Below, one piece after another: positions 29,328 through 40,048 of a stretch of DNA of 64,000 nt (positions within the stretch are counted from its first letter, which is position 1; each line of letters opens with the position of its first letter). This DNA is from a virus. The notes under the pieces were generated by a model. It had not been told where the DNA came from and made no database searches. It was given only the letters and a program-made list of their open reading frames with translations. The DNA is taken from positions 10,670 to 74,669 of the IMG/VR virus record IMGVR_UViG_3300045016_000140. One strand, written 5' to 3'. Made by a program: the position numbers and the translations under genes.

Positions 29328-31248
29328 GACAGCAACACTATTTCAGTTGCCAGTTGACCCGGAGCAGTTCGGCGTCCTGCTGCCGCCAGCTGAATTGCGT
29401 AAGATAGACTTCTCGGCTCTTGAGTTTTCAACTGCTCGCCGGGCCGTCATCGAGTATATTAAAACATACTATAAGGATGATTTTAACGATTTTGTGAGCA
29501 ATAACGGCGTGATAATGTTGGTTGAATTATTGTCATATCTCACTGCTTTAATGTCGATGCGCGCTGATGTGCTATCCAATGAGGCGTTTCTGCCAACTGC
29601 CCAGAGTGAGAATGCGATAGTTAACCATCTGGCCTTGATTAGCCAGAAGATCCGGCGAGCTACACCCGCTTCGATTGACATGGAATATAGTGTAGTCACG
29701 CAGATAGATGCTGACATTAATATTCCGGCTGGGTTAACATATCAGGTTCGCGGCGAGGATGGTGTTAACATAAAGTATGAAGTATATCGCGCACCTGGTG
29801 ATTTTACATCTCCCATTACTATACCAGCTGGTAAAACGGGCGTTATTGCCCATGGGCTTGAAGGCACTACTAAGACGTATACGGTCAAATCTGATGGGTC
29901 TGCCAATCAGCGCATTGTCATGGTTGGTAATGACATATTGGAAGAACCGATTACTATACTCGTTAAAATTGGCAATATAACATATACATGGGATAGAGTG
30001 GATTTTATAGAGACAGCTGGGCCGACCGATAAATCTTATGAAGCAAGATTCTTTCAGGATGAGCTTGACATAGTGTTTGGTAATGGGACGTATGGTGCAA
30101 TTCCAGACAATAATTCAACGATTACTGTGCGATATCGTACTGGCGGTGGAACGCGTGGTAAGATAGGTTCTGGCGTGATCGATGAAACCAGACCAATCAT
30201 TCCAGCATACCCATATACTGCTCCAGTGCAAGTGCGTGCGCGTAATATAAGCGCTAGCATTGGCGGAACGGATAAGGAAACTCTCGAGGAAGCCAAGGTG
30301 CGTGCTCCGCGAGATTTTGCCACCAGGGATTCCGCCGTTACTGCACTAGATTATGCACATATTATAAGTTCATTTTCCCATCCAGTATTTGGATCGGTCA
30401 GCAAGTCGCTAGCTACCATCAGGACGTCTTTGAACACCAATAGGGTGGAATTGTACGTGCTGGCCTCCGGCACTGACGATGTGCCGGTTGCACCGACCGC
30501 TGGATTGAAGAAAGCCATTGAGACATATCTTGGTGGATTGAATGTTATGACCGACCAAGTCGTGGCCTATGACGGTCTATTAAAACCAATTGATGTAAAG
30601 ATGACGGTCGTTATCGCCAGGAACGCGGATGCTTCGAGTGTGAAAGTTAAAGTAGCTAATGCTATAGATTCATTTTTCAATATATCTAAATGGGATATGG
30701 GCACACCATTATATGTTTCTCAATTGTATGAGTTGATACAGGCGATAGATGGCATAGTCTATTTGAACATTGATTTACCTAAAGACAATGTTGTGCAGGT
30801 CGATGCAGTTGTTAGTCGTTATAGTGTGTCTGGCAATATTATTGACATCACCCCTTATAATGCCACCGTCGGTGAGCAGATAATTCTTGTCATTCAGGGT
30901 ATAGATGGGGGTGGGGGTGGCAGCGGGAGTGGTAGCGGTAGTGGTAGTGGTAGTGGTAGTGGTAGTGGTAGTGGGACTAGTGGTGGGCCATATACTCTGT
31001 TAGTTAATGTTGTTACGCCGAGCGACATAGCGTCCGACGTGGTTAGAGCGTGGAGTACCGACCCAGTGTTGCGGTCGATACCAATTACTGGTTATGTGAT
31101 GTACGCCAGAGTGGAATCGAGTGTTAGCCTAACTATTTCCTCGAATAGCAATGCTATGGTTTTCTTGCCATATAAGGTTGGCAAGAATGAATTGATCATA
31201 CCTGGTAATATTCAGCAGCAGTATTATTATGAGAAACAGCAGCGTTAA
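29320..31248 (+). CDS. baseplate wedge protein (gp6/baseplate J-like) with internal Gly-Ser linker
   Basis: NEAFLPTAQ, FGNG.YG.IP, YRTGGG, GGTDKET, AVT..DY. Confidence 0.88.
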   Translation: MAETATLFQLPVDPEQFGVLLPPAELRKIDFSALEFSTARRAVIEYIKTYYKDDFNDFVSNNGVIMLVELLSYLTALMSMRADVLSNEAFLPTAQSENAIVNHLALISQKIRRATPASIDMEYSVVTQIDADINIPAGLTYQVRGEDGVNIKYEVYRAPGDFTSPITIPAGKTGVIAHGLEGTTKTYTVKSDGSANQRIVMVGNDILEEPITILVKIGNITYTWDRVDFIETAGPTDKSYEARFFQDELDIVFGNGTYGAIPDNNSTITVRYRTGGGTRGKIGSGVIDETRPIIPAYPYTAPVQVRARNISASIGGTDKETLEEAKVRAPRDFATRDSAVTALDYAHIISSFSHPVFGSVSKSLATIRTSLNTNRVELYVLASGTDDVPVAPTAGLKKAIETYLGGLNVMTDQVVAYDGLLKPIDVKMTVVIARNADASSVKVKVANAIDSFFNISKWDMGTPLYVSQLYELIQAIDGIVYLNIDLPKDNVVQVDAVVSRYSVSGNIIDITPYNATVGEQIILVIQGIDGGGGGSGSGSGSGSGSGSGSGSGTSGGPYTLLVNVVTPSDIASDVVRAWSTDPVLRSIPITGYVMYARVESSVSLTISSNSNAMVFLPYKVGKNELIIPGNIQQQYYYEKQQR

Positions 31249-31990
31249 TCCTATTATGTATAATGCTATACCGCATGTTACTGATTTCGCAACCCACACT
31301 GTTTCTGCCGATTGATTTGGCCGCTAGTAAGACGTTCCCACTGCCAGAGAATGGGTCGAAGACTAAACCGTCTGGCGGGCACATTGCGTTTATCCATATT
31401 TTTAGCAAATTAATCGGTATTTGTGTGCTGACGCCTTTGATTCTTTCTTTATGTGTTCCGGCAATCCTGGGCATTATGAATACATCGTCTGGGCATTTAC
31501 CGCGATTGTCGGCTCTCTTATCATTGTACTTTAGTTGTCTGAATGATTTTACGGCTACGGATGGAGCGTCGAAATAATATTTATGTTTATTTTTAGTATA
31601 TCTTAATATGTGCATTTTGGATTTGGTGAATTTCTTGCGCGTGTCTAGTTTGCCACTTTGCCCAAATCCGTAATGCCATATTATCCAATTTTGGCGGTGT
31701 AATTTACTAGACCTACATATCATGTCGATATCTGATACATATTTGTCGTCCATACATATCAATAGATTACCGGATTGCTTGAGCATTGATACGGCCATGG
31801 TTATCCACTCTTCTGTCCATGTCAGATATTTAATCGGCGGCAGATTATCATTTATATCTAGGTAGACATGGTTGATGTTGAATGGCGGATCTGCGATTAT
31901 CAGGTCCGGGGACAGCCCATAGACTGGCATGAATTGTAGAGCGTCAGCGTGGTGGCAGGTTATTTGGGGAGTTTGATTTGTTTGGTTCAT
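31196..31990 (-). CDS. N6-adenine/N4-cytosine DNA methyltransferase (beta-class order)
   Basis: Motif IV ADPPFN precedes motif I DPFSGSG; GCEI. Confidence 0.9.
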   Translation of the reverse strand: MNQTNQTPQITCHHADALQFMPVYGLSPDLIIADPPFNINHVYLDINDNLPPIKYLTWTEEWITMAVSMLKQSGNLLICMDDKYVSDIDMICRSSKLHRQNWIIWHYGFGQSGKLDTRKKFTKSKMHILRYTKNKHKYYFDAPSVAVKSFRQLKYNDKRADNRGKCPDDVFIMPRIAGTHKERIKGVSTQIPINLLKIWINAMCPPDGLVFDPFSGSGNVLLAAKSIGRNSVGCEISNMRYSIIHNRINAAVSHNNTAAEYYQV

Positions 31991-32235
31991 GCTGTTAATT
32001 CATCACTTATCATGAGTTTGCGTTTCAGATATCTTGCCAATTCACATCCAGCTGCCGCACAGTTATATGTTGTACCCTTGTGGAATATTAGTGGTGATTC
32101 TAGGGTTTTATCGAATATTATCATTACGGCTATAGCCACATCATTGTCTGAGTTTAATTGTTTTTGTATTGGATCATATTTTTGGACGGCTTCTGGGATT
32201 TTTGGTTTCTGTTCAGTATTTTCAGCTGTAGCCAT
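31987..32235 (-). CDS. small hypothetical protein
   Basis: GGAG SD 6 nt before ATG 32235; ATGA overlap with the methyltransferase. Confidence 0.55.
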   Translation of the reverse strand: MATAENTEQKPKIPEAVQKYDPIQKQLNSDNDVAIAVMIIFDKTLESPLIFHKGTTYNCAAAGCELARYLKRKLMISDELTA

Positions 32236-32869
32236 GTCTAGCTCCGGCATAAGTACCATTGCTCATGCTCGTAGTGATTGTGAGGCCAGAATTTATAAAT
32301 ATTTCAAGTATTGCCAGGCTGCATTTGGCGCTGCCGGAATGAAGATATCTTTTCCAATAGGTACTGACCCCAAAAAAACATATAAATGGCGATATTTGGA
32401 ACATTTTGTTAAGAAAATAGATGAATGGGGAGTAAGTGATATAGCCGTTAAATCGATTATATTCTCAATAGTTAAATACTGTAAAGACAATAGGATATTA
32501 TATAGCAAAGGCATGGCCATCTTATCGATGGATAATATATTAGATATAGGTTATAGAGATATGCAAATGAACCATGAAATATTTAGACAAGCTTGCGCCG
32601 TACTTAAGATGAACCAGAGATTTGTGAATGAACATGGAGGTATAGATAATATAAATATAATTAAATGGTATCAATCCGGTGGGGTGTCAAAATTATATAT
32701 AATATTTTCAAAAAGATGCTTGAAGGCATTACGCGGCGTGTCGGAAGCACATAGATTAATGGTCCCGTCATATGATGAACTATGGCGCATTAGACAGAAA
32801 TATGTTATGATTAAAGAGATCCGAGAGGCAGCCAAAAGATATCTGGGTGACGACTGTAATGTTAGCTAG
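32234..32869 (+). CDS. hypothetical protein (start uncertain)
   Basis: Open frame overlapping the helicase start. Confidence 0.5.
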   Translation: MSSSGISTIAHARSDCEARIYKYFKYCQAAFGAAGMKISFPIGTDPKKTYKWRYLEHFVKKIDEWGVSDIAVKSIIFSIVKYCKDNRILYSKGMAILSMDNILDIGYRDMQMNHEIFRQACAVLKMNQRFVNEHGGIDNINIIKWYQSGGVSKLYIIFSKRCLKALRGVSEAHRLMVPSYDELWRIRQKYVMIKEIREAAKRYLGDDCNVS

Positions 32870-34436
32870 AATAGTTAATAATAAAATAATCAAGCTTGAG
32901 CAGATCTCACAGGCTGAGGAGAATTTGATCATTAAGGCATTCTCAGTCAGGAATCCGAAGGCTATGTATATTGATATGCACGGTGGGTCATTTGATGGAT
33001 GGTATAGGAAGTATAATAGTTATAGAAAGGTTATGAGTAGAGCTTTGCTAGGTGAATTGCGCGAGGTGTGCGCTGTATATCGATTGCCATTGACTGTCGT
33101 CGATGATAGGCCGCCCGCCGAATATCCAGCGCCTGACCCAAATAGCATCACCAAGGATTTGCTGTCCGGCATCCAGCTTTATGACCATCAGATGAGAGCA
33201 ATTAAGGCTGCGTGCAGAGCGGAAGTTGGATTAATAGATATTAAAGTAGGAGGAGGTAAGACCGACGTTGCAGCTGGGATAGCCAAGATAATGAATTGCC
33301 CGACAGTCATAATCTGCGATCAGACTATAGTAATTGAACAGATCAAAGCTAGACTTGAATTGCGCAAAGTCGCTGAGGAAGTTGGGCTGTTCTGTGCCGG
33401 AAAGCGGCCAAATAATCAACTAATAGTTGTTGGGTTAATACAGTCACTGGATTATCCAGTTCAACCTCCTGCCAAGGTCGAGGATGATACGCCAGAGTCC
33501 TATGCCAAGAAGATAAAGGCGTTTGAGACTAGGCGTAAGAATGCCAGGGTATTGCAAGAGTTGGTTAAAAAATGTGATCTGTTAATGGTTGATGAGGCCG
33601 ATAAGGCGTCTGGCCCACAATTTTCGAAATTGTTCAGGCATTGGTTTAACGGTAGGCGTCGATATGGTTTCTCTGGCACATGTTTTGATCCGGCTAAGCC
33701 TGTCCAGAATCTAGTTTTGAAGGAGAGGCTTGGTTCAGTGATCGCTAAGGCTAGTCGGGCTGAGCTTGAGGCGATTAACCAGATTATACCAGTTAGGTAT
33801 AATATGGTTGTAGTTGGCGATCCTGGCATGAAGTATGATAGAACAGTATATGATATTGCCAAGAAAGAGCAGATAATTGATAACAAGGAATTTCATCTTA
33901 AAGTTGCCGGAATAGCTAAACATGCTTCCAGAAATGAGGGGGATGGTGTGCTGATATTAGTAGAGGATATAACGCTAGGGACCGCTTTACAGGAAATTAT
34001 ACCGGGCTCGGTTTTTATATATGGCAATACAAATAGTGAAAATAGGTGGAATGCCATACACGCTTTTGAGAGGCGTGAGATTAAAGTCTTGATAGGTGGA
34101 AAGATAATCAAGCGTGGTCTTGATTTAAAGGGTGGATGCGAGAGCCTAATTATTGCCACTGGCGGCAAAATGTGGTCTGACTTTGACCAGAAAGTCGGCA
34201 GGGCCATCCGTAAGAATAAGAGGGGCTTTTCGTATGTTTATGATTTCTTCATGATGGGTAATAAATATCTATATGAACATTCTAAAAGTAGATTGAAGAA
34301 CATAGTCGCAATGGGCTATAGAGCAAATGTGGTATGGGGTGATAAAATTATTACAGCTAGGCAGTTTATTAAGTCAAAATATCGTATGCCAAGCCAGAAG
34401 CAATTAGATGCAAAATTACACATATCCAATAGCTAG
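32859..34436 (+). CDS. SF2 DNA helicase (UvsW-like)
   Basis: LYDHQ, VGGGKT, VDEAD, FSGT, RGLD, QKVGRAIR. Confidence 0.88.
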   Translation: MLARIVNNKIIKLEQISQAEENLIIKAFSVRNPKAMYIDMHGGSFDGWYRKYNSYRKVMSRALLGELREVCAVYRLPLTVVDDRPPAEYPAPDPNSITKDLLSGIQLYDHQMRAIKAACRAEVGLIDIKVGGGKTDVAAGIAKIMNCPTVIICDQTIVIEQIKARLELRKVAEEVGLFCAGKRPNNQLIVVGLIQSLDYPVQPPAKVEDDTPESYAKKIKAFETRRKNARVLQELVKKCDLLMVDEADKASGPQFSKLFRHWFNGRRRYGFSGTCFDPAKPVQNLVLKERLGSVIAKASRAELEAINQIIPVRYNMVVVGDPGMKYDRTVYDIAKKEQIIDNKEFHLKVAGIAKHASRNEGDGVLILVEDITLGTALQEIIPGSVFIYGNTNSENRWNAIHAFERREIKVLIGGKIIKRGLDLKGGCESLIIATGGKMWSDFDQKVGRAIRKNKRGFSYVYDFFMMGNKYLYEHSKSRLKNIVAMGYRANVVWGDKIITARQFIKSKYRMPSQKQLDAKLHISNS

Positions 34437-34462
34437 TAAATATAATAACAAAATGGAAGCCC

Positions 34463-35341
34463 ATGATACCCAAAATACCAGAAGTAGTATATGTCAAATC
34501 AAATAGCGATAGAAAATTATATTTTGACAACAATGTGGTCGAAGATTTATTACTAAAATACGTATGGGGTGGATGTACTGAAGTAGCATTACGCGACCAA
34601 ATCATGTCTCATGCCAATGAACTTATTAAGCAAGTCATCAGAGCTCACAATTTGCACAGGATATACCCAGGTAGTGAAGAGTCAGCCTTCGGAGATTTGG
34701 CCCAGACCGCCTGGATACAGATTGAGCGCACATTATATAAGTATAGGGCTAGACCGCATTGCGCGAATTGCTATAGCGCTCAAAGCCCGAATAGATCATG
34801 CCTATATAATTTAAAGGACGGCGAATATGGTATTATTAGTCCAATCAATATCATTAAGTTGAAGTTACGATGTCCCAAATGCCATAAGGTGCCTGATAGG
34901 ATACTATATAGAGGTATATCAAAGATATTTAATCTATGGTCTCAGATATCTCGTACTGTGATTCTTGCATATATTAAGAAGGAAAGTAGGGATAAGAAGA
35001 ATAGTGAAACATATCGTGGGTATTTGGATTATCGCCACAAGCCTAATAGTGTATGTTTTAGAAGATTTATGGAAGAGGCCGAGGAGCTATTCAAATATAA
35101 CTCTGGTTATGTTAAGATCTTGGAGGCCCTTAAGAAGCTTTCAGAGTCTGATGACAGGCCATATGATGGTTTGATTAGTAAGCTTGTGACGATTTCTGGA
35201 ATGCCTAGATCGCAGATAGTTAGCTTCTTAAAAATGGTGAGGTTGCAAGGCGATGTGTTCACAGATTCCCCGATCAACGAACGTCCGAGATACAGGGTCA
35301 GGAACCCGGACCCAGACCCGGTCGAAGAAAATATTGAATGA
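34463..35341 (+). CDS. gp55-like late sigma factor with inserted Zn ribbon
   Basis: LYFDN, region-2-like DLAQTAWIQIERTLYKY and KIFNLWSQISRTVILAYIKKE, interrupted by CANC...CPKC. Confidence 0.6.
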   Translation: MIPKIPEVVYVKSNSDRKLYFDNNVVEDLLLKYVWGGCTEVALRDQIMSHANELIKQVIRAHNLHRIYPGSEESAFGDLAQTAWIQIERTLYKYRARPHCANCYSAQSPNRSCLYNLKDGEYGIISPINIIKLKLRCPKCHKVPDRILYRGISKIFNLWSQISRTVILAYIKKESRDKKNSETYRGYLDYRHKPNSVCFRRFMEEAEELFKYNSGYVKILEALKKLSESDDRPYDGLISKLVTISGMPRSQIVSFLKMVRLQGDVFTDSPINERPRYRVRNPDPDPVEENIE

Positions 35342-35993
35342 AGCGCTCCCAAAGAGCACTCATGAGCGACTGCATAGGACGGTCAGGCCAAAGAAACCAA
35401 TATCTGATAGAAATTTGATCCCAGTAGTCAAGCGCAAATCAGATACTAATCCGAGGCAAACAAGTCGTGGGGACGCTAATTATAAAGGCGATAAGCATGA
35501 GAGATTGCGCAAGAAATTGGCTAAGATAGCGCGTCGCAAGATTGCTGACAAGATTACTGAATCGGTAGAGTATCTGCGTAAAGCCATTGAACTTAAAGAT
35601 CAGGATGTTGTGGCAGGATTCTGGGAGTGCAAGCATCCCATCACTGTTTTGAGAATATTGGATAAGCTTCCATCTAGGTGGGATAATGTCCGTAGGTCGC
35701 TGAAGAAAATGCGTATCGTGAGTCTTGGGGAGTCTAAGAAGATTGGCCCGTACGCTGCCATGATTAGTGATGATGCGGCCGTGAAGGTAGTGAAAGAACG
35801 GGCTATGCGAGATGCCTCTATTGTCTCCAAGTATTTTCCAGTGGTATGGATTGAGTCAGTCAGCAATGATGTGTCGAAGCTTGCAATGTTTAATATTATA
35901 GTTTCGGATACGTATAGTGATGCTTTTTGCAATGCTTTAAATGAAGATAGGGTTGTTACATTTAGTCGAGACTCGCAGGCAAAGATATTTTAA
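35335..35993 (+). CDS. hypothetical basic protein (start uncertain)
   Basis: Open frame overlapping the sigma stop; Lys/Arg-rich N-half. Confidence 0.5.
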
Positions 35994-36005
35994 CGGAGAT
36001 AGCAA

Positions 36006-36908
36006 ATGGACTTAGAACTACGATCGGTGGATGCGGATGCTTTTGGCAATGTTCCTGAGGTTCCAGCAGAGCCTGATGCCGGAATGGTGAATTTTGATGC
36101 TGATTTATCGGCTGACTTGCCTGACGCAGTAGCGATTGCTCAGGATGAGAGTGGGGAAGATGAAGGACCTATTCTAGCCATGACGTCCAATTTATTGTCA
36201 TTGTTTGTGTCTACTTTATGCGGGAAGCTTGAACCCGAGATTGATAAGGATTCCGTCATTGCCAATGTGGTTTCTAAGATTTGTGATTTATGCTCGTGCG
36301 ATAAGCCGATGACTGTTGCCGCATGCAGTGAGAGTCTTGTGCAGGCTATTGATAATGCAATTGCTGAAGTTGTCGCTGAAGCTGCCGCTAAAGATGCCGC
36401 TGAAGATGCCGCTGAAGCTAAAGATGCCGCTGAAGAAGATGCCGCTGCCGCTGAAGCTGGTGCGGGCAATTCCACCGTCGCATCGATATCACCTCAGGGG
36501 GCTTCAGATATTCTGCCATCCGAGCCAGAGTCTATGATTGAATCAACTAAGTCGGAGGTAGAGGACCTAGGCCTTTCTCCTAAGACTGACCGACGCATAC
36601 GCCCGGTAATTGATGAACAAATAGCTGCTCCGACGCTTTGTTCTGAGACCACAAAATTACTAGAGGTTATTGTTCCAGGAAATAAGATTAAGGTAGCTGG
36701 AACTAAGAATAAAGATATGGTTATGTTGGAAGGTGCGGATGACGCTGAATCTGTGGCGGAATCGATTAATGTTGTGATCGGATCCAAGAGCTGGCTTGGT
36801 AACCATGGATATACTATAATTCAAGGATATGATGTAGCGAATGCGGTGAATATAGGCGGTAGAAAATATTTACTATTTAGCACTCCGGAAGATATTGAGC
36901 ATGCATGA
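36006..36908 (+). CDS. acidic hypothetical protein
   Basis: GGAG SD, CAAAGATA motif upstream, DAAE repeats. Confidence 0.6.
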   Translation: MDLELRSVDADAFGNVPEVPAEPDAGMVNFDADLSADLPDAVAIAQDESGEDEGPILAMTSNLLSLFVSTLCGKLEPEIDKDSVIANVVSKICDLCSCDKPMTVAACSESLVQAIDNAIAEVVAEAAAKDAAEDAAEAKDAAEEDAAAAEAGAGNSTVASISPQGASDILPSEPESMIESTKSEVEDLGLSPKTDRRIRPVIDEQIAAPTLCSETTKLLEVIVPGNKIKVAGTKNKDMVMLEGADDAESVAESINVVIGSKSWLGNHGYTIIQGYDVANAVNIGGRKYLLFSTPEDIEHA

Positions 36909-37032
36909 AGCTGCGATTGTATTTAAATGCGGGAGGCTATCGAATCATCTAGCCAATCGCAAGGAGTAACAAAGTGTATCTGAAGGTTCCATCCATACCG
37001 GGACCACTCATTTCGAGACTTAACTATACTTT

Positions 37033-37560
37033 ATGGTGACATATTTCTCAGAATTAAAACGATCAATGGAATGCTTAGCTGAGGATAAGCAGACGGTCTT
37101 TATTGGCTGCAATACCAAAAACTCTTATCGAGCAAATGGTACGTTAAAGGACGTGCCGGATTGCCAGATTATTGAGACGCCTGTCGCTGAAAATTTAATG
37201 ATGGGATTGGCAATAGGGATGAGCTTAGAAGGCCATAAACCCATCGTCTTTTTTGAAAGATTTGATTTTATTTTAAATGCCTTTGATGCCATCATTAATC
37301 ACCTGGATAAGCTCGCGGACATATCCGACGGGCAGTTTGTGCCTAAAGTGATCGTTAGAGTGTGCGTTGGTAGAAGGACGACGCCGTTGTTTTCAGGTTG
37401 TACGCATACCCAGGATTTTACGGAGCAAGTTAAGGAATTGGTGCATTTCCCGGTCATAAAATTATTGGATAAAAATGAAATATTTGATGCTTATATGCGG
37501 GCTTATCATTCTACACAGAGTTATATGATTATTGAAGAAAATGATCTATATCGTACGTGA
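37033..37560 (+). CDS. TPP-dependent enzyme, E1-beta/transketolase pyrimidine-binding domain only
   Basis: ETPVAENLMMGLAIGMSLEG.KP, FDFILNAFDAIINHLDK, HTQD. Confidence 0.85.
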   Translation: MVTYFSELKRSMECLAEDKQTVFIGCNTKNSYRANGTLKDVPDCQIIETPVAENLMMGLAIGMSLEGHKPIVFFERFDFILNAFDAIINHLDKLADISDGQFVPKVIVRVCVGRRTTPLFSGCTHTQDFTEQVKELVHFPVIKLLDKNEIFDAYMRAYHSTQSYMIIEENDLYRT

Positions 37561-37585
37561 TGTTAAATATATCAAATATAACAAT

Positions 37586-38635
37586 ATGACGTCAAACATA
37601 TATAGTAATTTTAAGCTGGCTTGGTTTAATGACAAATTGATTTCCTTGAGGGATGGTACGGTTACTGCGCCTATATATGTTAGAATTAAACCAATCAATC
37701 GTTGTAACCATAATTGTTTCTTTTGCGTTTATCGCTCGGAATTATCCAATATGCATAATGAGATGAATGATCTTGATCGGCTTTCTAGGGAAAAGCTACT
37801 TGAGATATTGGATGATTTTAGAATAATGGGTGTAAAAGCGGTAACTTATTCTGGAGGCGGTGAGCCGTTGATTCATCGCGATATAGTTGAGGTTCTTGAT
37901 AAAACTAAAGCAAATGGGATTGATCTATCCATCATAACGAATGGCCAATTATTGAGCGGAGATCGGGCTGCGGCATTAACTGATGCTAAATGGGTTCGTA
38001 TCTCAATGGATTACTATGACGCTGGATCTTTCATTCAATCAGGACGTGGTACAGCTCGTACTTTTGACGCCATAATTAAAAACATTGACGATTTTGCGAG
38101 ACGCAGAAAGTCAGGTTGCAATATATCTGTTAATTTTATTATAACCAAAAATAATTATCATCAGATCGAATATGCCACCATCTTGTTGAAGAACCTCGGC
38201 GTAGATAATGTACGATTCTCGCCAGTTTGGTTTGACGATTTTCTAGCGTATCACGAACCAATTCGCGAGCAAGTTTTAGCAAATTTGCAGGCCGCCAAGA
38301 AACATGAGTGCGATACTTTTAAGATATACCATAGTTATCGGATCGAGAAAGACCAGATGAGTAGGACTTATCATAAATGTTTTATCCAGCAGATCATCCC
38401 AGCCATCGGAGCCGATTATAATGTCTATAATTGTCACAACAAATCCTATTCTTTTGATGCCATTATAGGCAATATCCGTAATCAATCTTTTCGACAGATG
38501 TGGTTCAGCGAAGAGACCAAGAAGCATTTTATGGAGTTTGACGCAATGAAATGTTGTAATTGTCAGTGCGCTAATGATGCCAAGAATAAATTCTTGCATG
38601 ACATAATTAGCGCTTACGGAGACAACTATGTTTAA
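37586..38635 (+). CDS. radical SAM protein with SPASM/twitch domain
   Basis: CNHNCFFC, SGGGEPL, ITNG, RISMD; C-term C...YNCH...IGN.....F..MW...CCNC.C. Confidence 0.9.
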   Translation: MTSNIYSNFKLAWFNDKLISLRDGTVTAPIYVRIKPINRCNHNCFFCVYRSELSNMHNEMNDLDRLSREKLLEILDDFRIMGVKAVTYSGGGEPLIHRDIVEVLDKTKANGIDLSIITNGQLLSGDRAAALTDAKWVRISMDYYDAGSFIQSGRGTARTFDAIIKNIDDFARRRKSGCNISVNFIITKNNYHQIEYATILLKNLGVDNVRFSPVWFDDFLAYHEPIREQVLANLQAAKKHECDTFKIYHSYRIEKDQMSRTYHKCFIQQIIPAIGADYNVYNCHNKSYSFDAIIGNIRNQSFRQMWFSEETKKHFMEFDAMKCCNCQCANDAKNKFLHDIISAYGDNYV

Positions 38636-39263
38636 TTACACCGCCGATGAATTGAAGAATTTTGAGAAAGATGTAATTGAAATATTTCGGGAAGGCATCT
38701 TACCTTTTGCGATTCATTTCTCAGATGGCAACGAGGACCAGTTGATTGAGATCTTTAGGGAAATCAACGACGATGATTACGTCTTTTCGACCCACCGTTC
38801 CCATTACCATTATCTTCTAAAGGGCGGTCGGCGCGAAGATTTAATTGACAAGATCAAAAATTGTAAGAGTATGTATGTTTTTGACAGACGGATTAAGTTT
38901 ATTACGTCATCCATTGTGGCTGGAACGTGTTGCATTGCCGCGGGTGTCGCTTTTAGCCTCAAGCTTAATGGCAGTCCGAATAAGGTATGGTGCTTTGTTG
39001 GAGACGGGGCGGAAGATGAAGGCCATTTCTATGAAGCGGTGAGGTATGTGGAGAATATGCAATTACCATGTATTTTCATCATCGAGGATAATGATAGGAG
39101 CGTTGGCTCATCAAAAGAGTTACGTGGCAGTGCGTATTCTGTGCCTTGGCCTAAATGTGTCAGGCGATATCATTACGTTGCCACCATGCCCCATGGCGGC
39201 CCGGGTCTTAAGGAAGTAATTGCGTTTAACAAGGAAGTGGTAGATCGCTATGGAGTTCACTGA
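38628..39263 (+). CDS. TPP-dependent enzyme, E1-alpha-like (short)
   Basis: STHRSHYH and TPP motif GDGAEDEG...IEDN. Confidence 0.85.
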   Translation: MFNYTADELKNFEKDVIEIFREGILPFAIHFSDGNEDQLIEIFREINDDDYVFSTHRSHYHYLLKGGRREDLIDKIKNCKSMYVFDRRIKFITSSIVAGTCCIAAGVAFSLKLNGSPNKVWCFVGDGAEDEGHFYEAVRYVENMQLPCIFIIEDNDRSVGSSKELRGSAYSVPWPKCVRRYHYVATMPHGGPGLKEVIAFNKEVVDRYGVH

Positions 39264-39981
39264 TAAAATTTACGCTCCAATTTGGGGAACTCATCTAGGC
39301 GATTGCATTATGACCTTGAATTATATTTCTAATGAGAGCGAAGCCATAGGCAAATGTGTCCGACTATCCGATCATTACGTTAAATTCAACGCTGCTCGCG
39401 ATATCGTTAAGCGGCGTGTTTGCCATAATTACTATGAAATTGAGAAGATAATACAAAATGGCAAATTCCATATTGTTAAAGACGATCCAAATCATTGGTG
39501 TGACCGGAGCGAAAAGTCGTGGCATAAGTATCGGCATAGGCCGTTCCTATTGAACAAACACCAGTTCGTCAAGAATAATTCTAGGCAAATTGGGTACCAA
39601 TTTAGAGCAAGATCCAGAGCCAGTGTCAAGAATTTTCCGAGCGTGGAGATAGAAAATCTGGTTCTAAAATCATTTGTTGACGCTGGTTTTACCCCGGTTA
39701 TGTTGGGTGCTCCGATGACGCTCGATCAATGTTCACAAGCGATGTCGAAAGTGGAGATTTTCGTTGGCGTAATGAGTGGGATGGCATGGATTGCTGCGAC
39801 GACGAGAACGCCAGCCATTATTGTTAGAAATTCAATGCCATCATTTGCTATTTCACACATTATGGGATATCAATCATTCATCTTTTGTCAGGATTACGTT
39901 GAAGTGATTGATGCCATAAATAAATATGGCCAGAATCGTGATTATTATGATCAAAATTGTCATAAAATTGAGAAGGTGTAG
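39250..39981 (+). CDS. putative glycosyltransferase (GT9/heptosyltransferase-like)
   Basis: HLGDCIM near N-term; LDQ...MSKVEIFVGVMSGMAWIAA..TP resembles the GT9 F.G.DSG..H.A motif (diverged). Confidence 0.55.
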   Translation: MEFTDKIYAPIWGTHLGDCIMTLNYISNESEAIGKCVRLSDHYVKFNAARDIVKRRVCHNYYEIEKIIQNGKFHIVKDDPNHWCDRSEKSWHKYRHRPFLLNKHQFVKNNSRQIGYQFRARSRASVKNFPSVEIENLVLKSFVDAGFTPVMLGAPMTLDQCSQAMSKVEIFVGVMSGMAWIAATTRTPAIIVRNSMPSFAISHIMGYQSFIFCQDYVEVIDAINKYGQNRDYYDQNCHKIEKV

Positions 39982-40048
39982 TTGTGAAATTCTAATATTG
40001 CATTATGAGAACGTAGAATAATGTGCCAGCCCGCATGTATTTTTATGG

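Noticed and set aside
30908-30985. Gly-Ser (GGTAGT) microsatellite in the baseplate gene
   Set aside because: In-frame flexible linker; no sign of a separate element.
37033-39263. Pyruvate dehydrogenase (pdhA/pdhB) as a central-metabolism gene pair
   Set aside because: Both halves are much shorter than E1 subunits, no E2/E3 is present, and the neighbours are a radical SAM and a glycosyltransferase-like gene.
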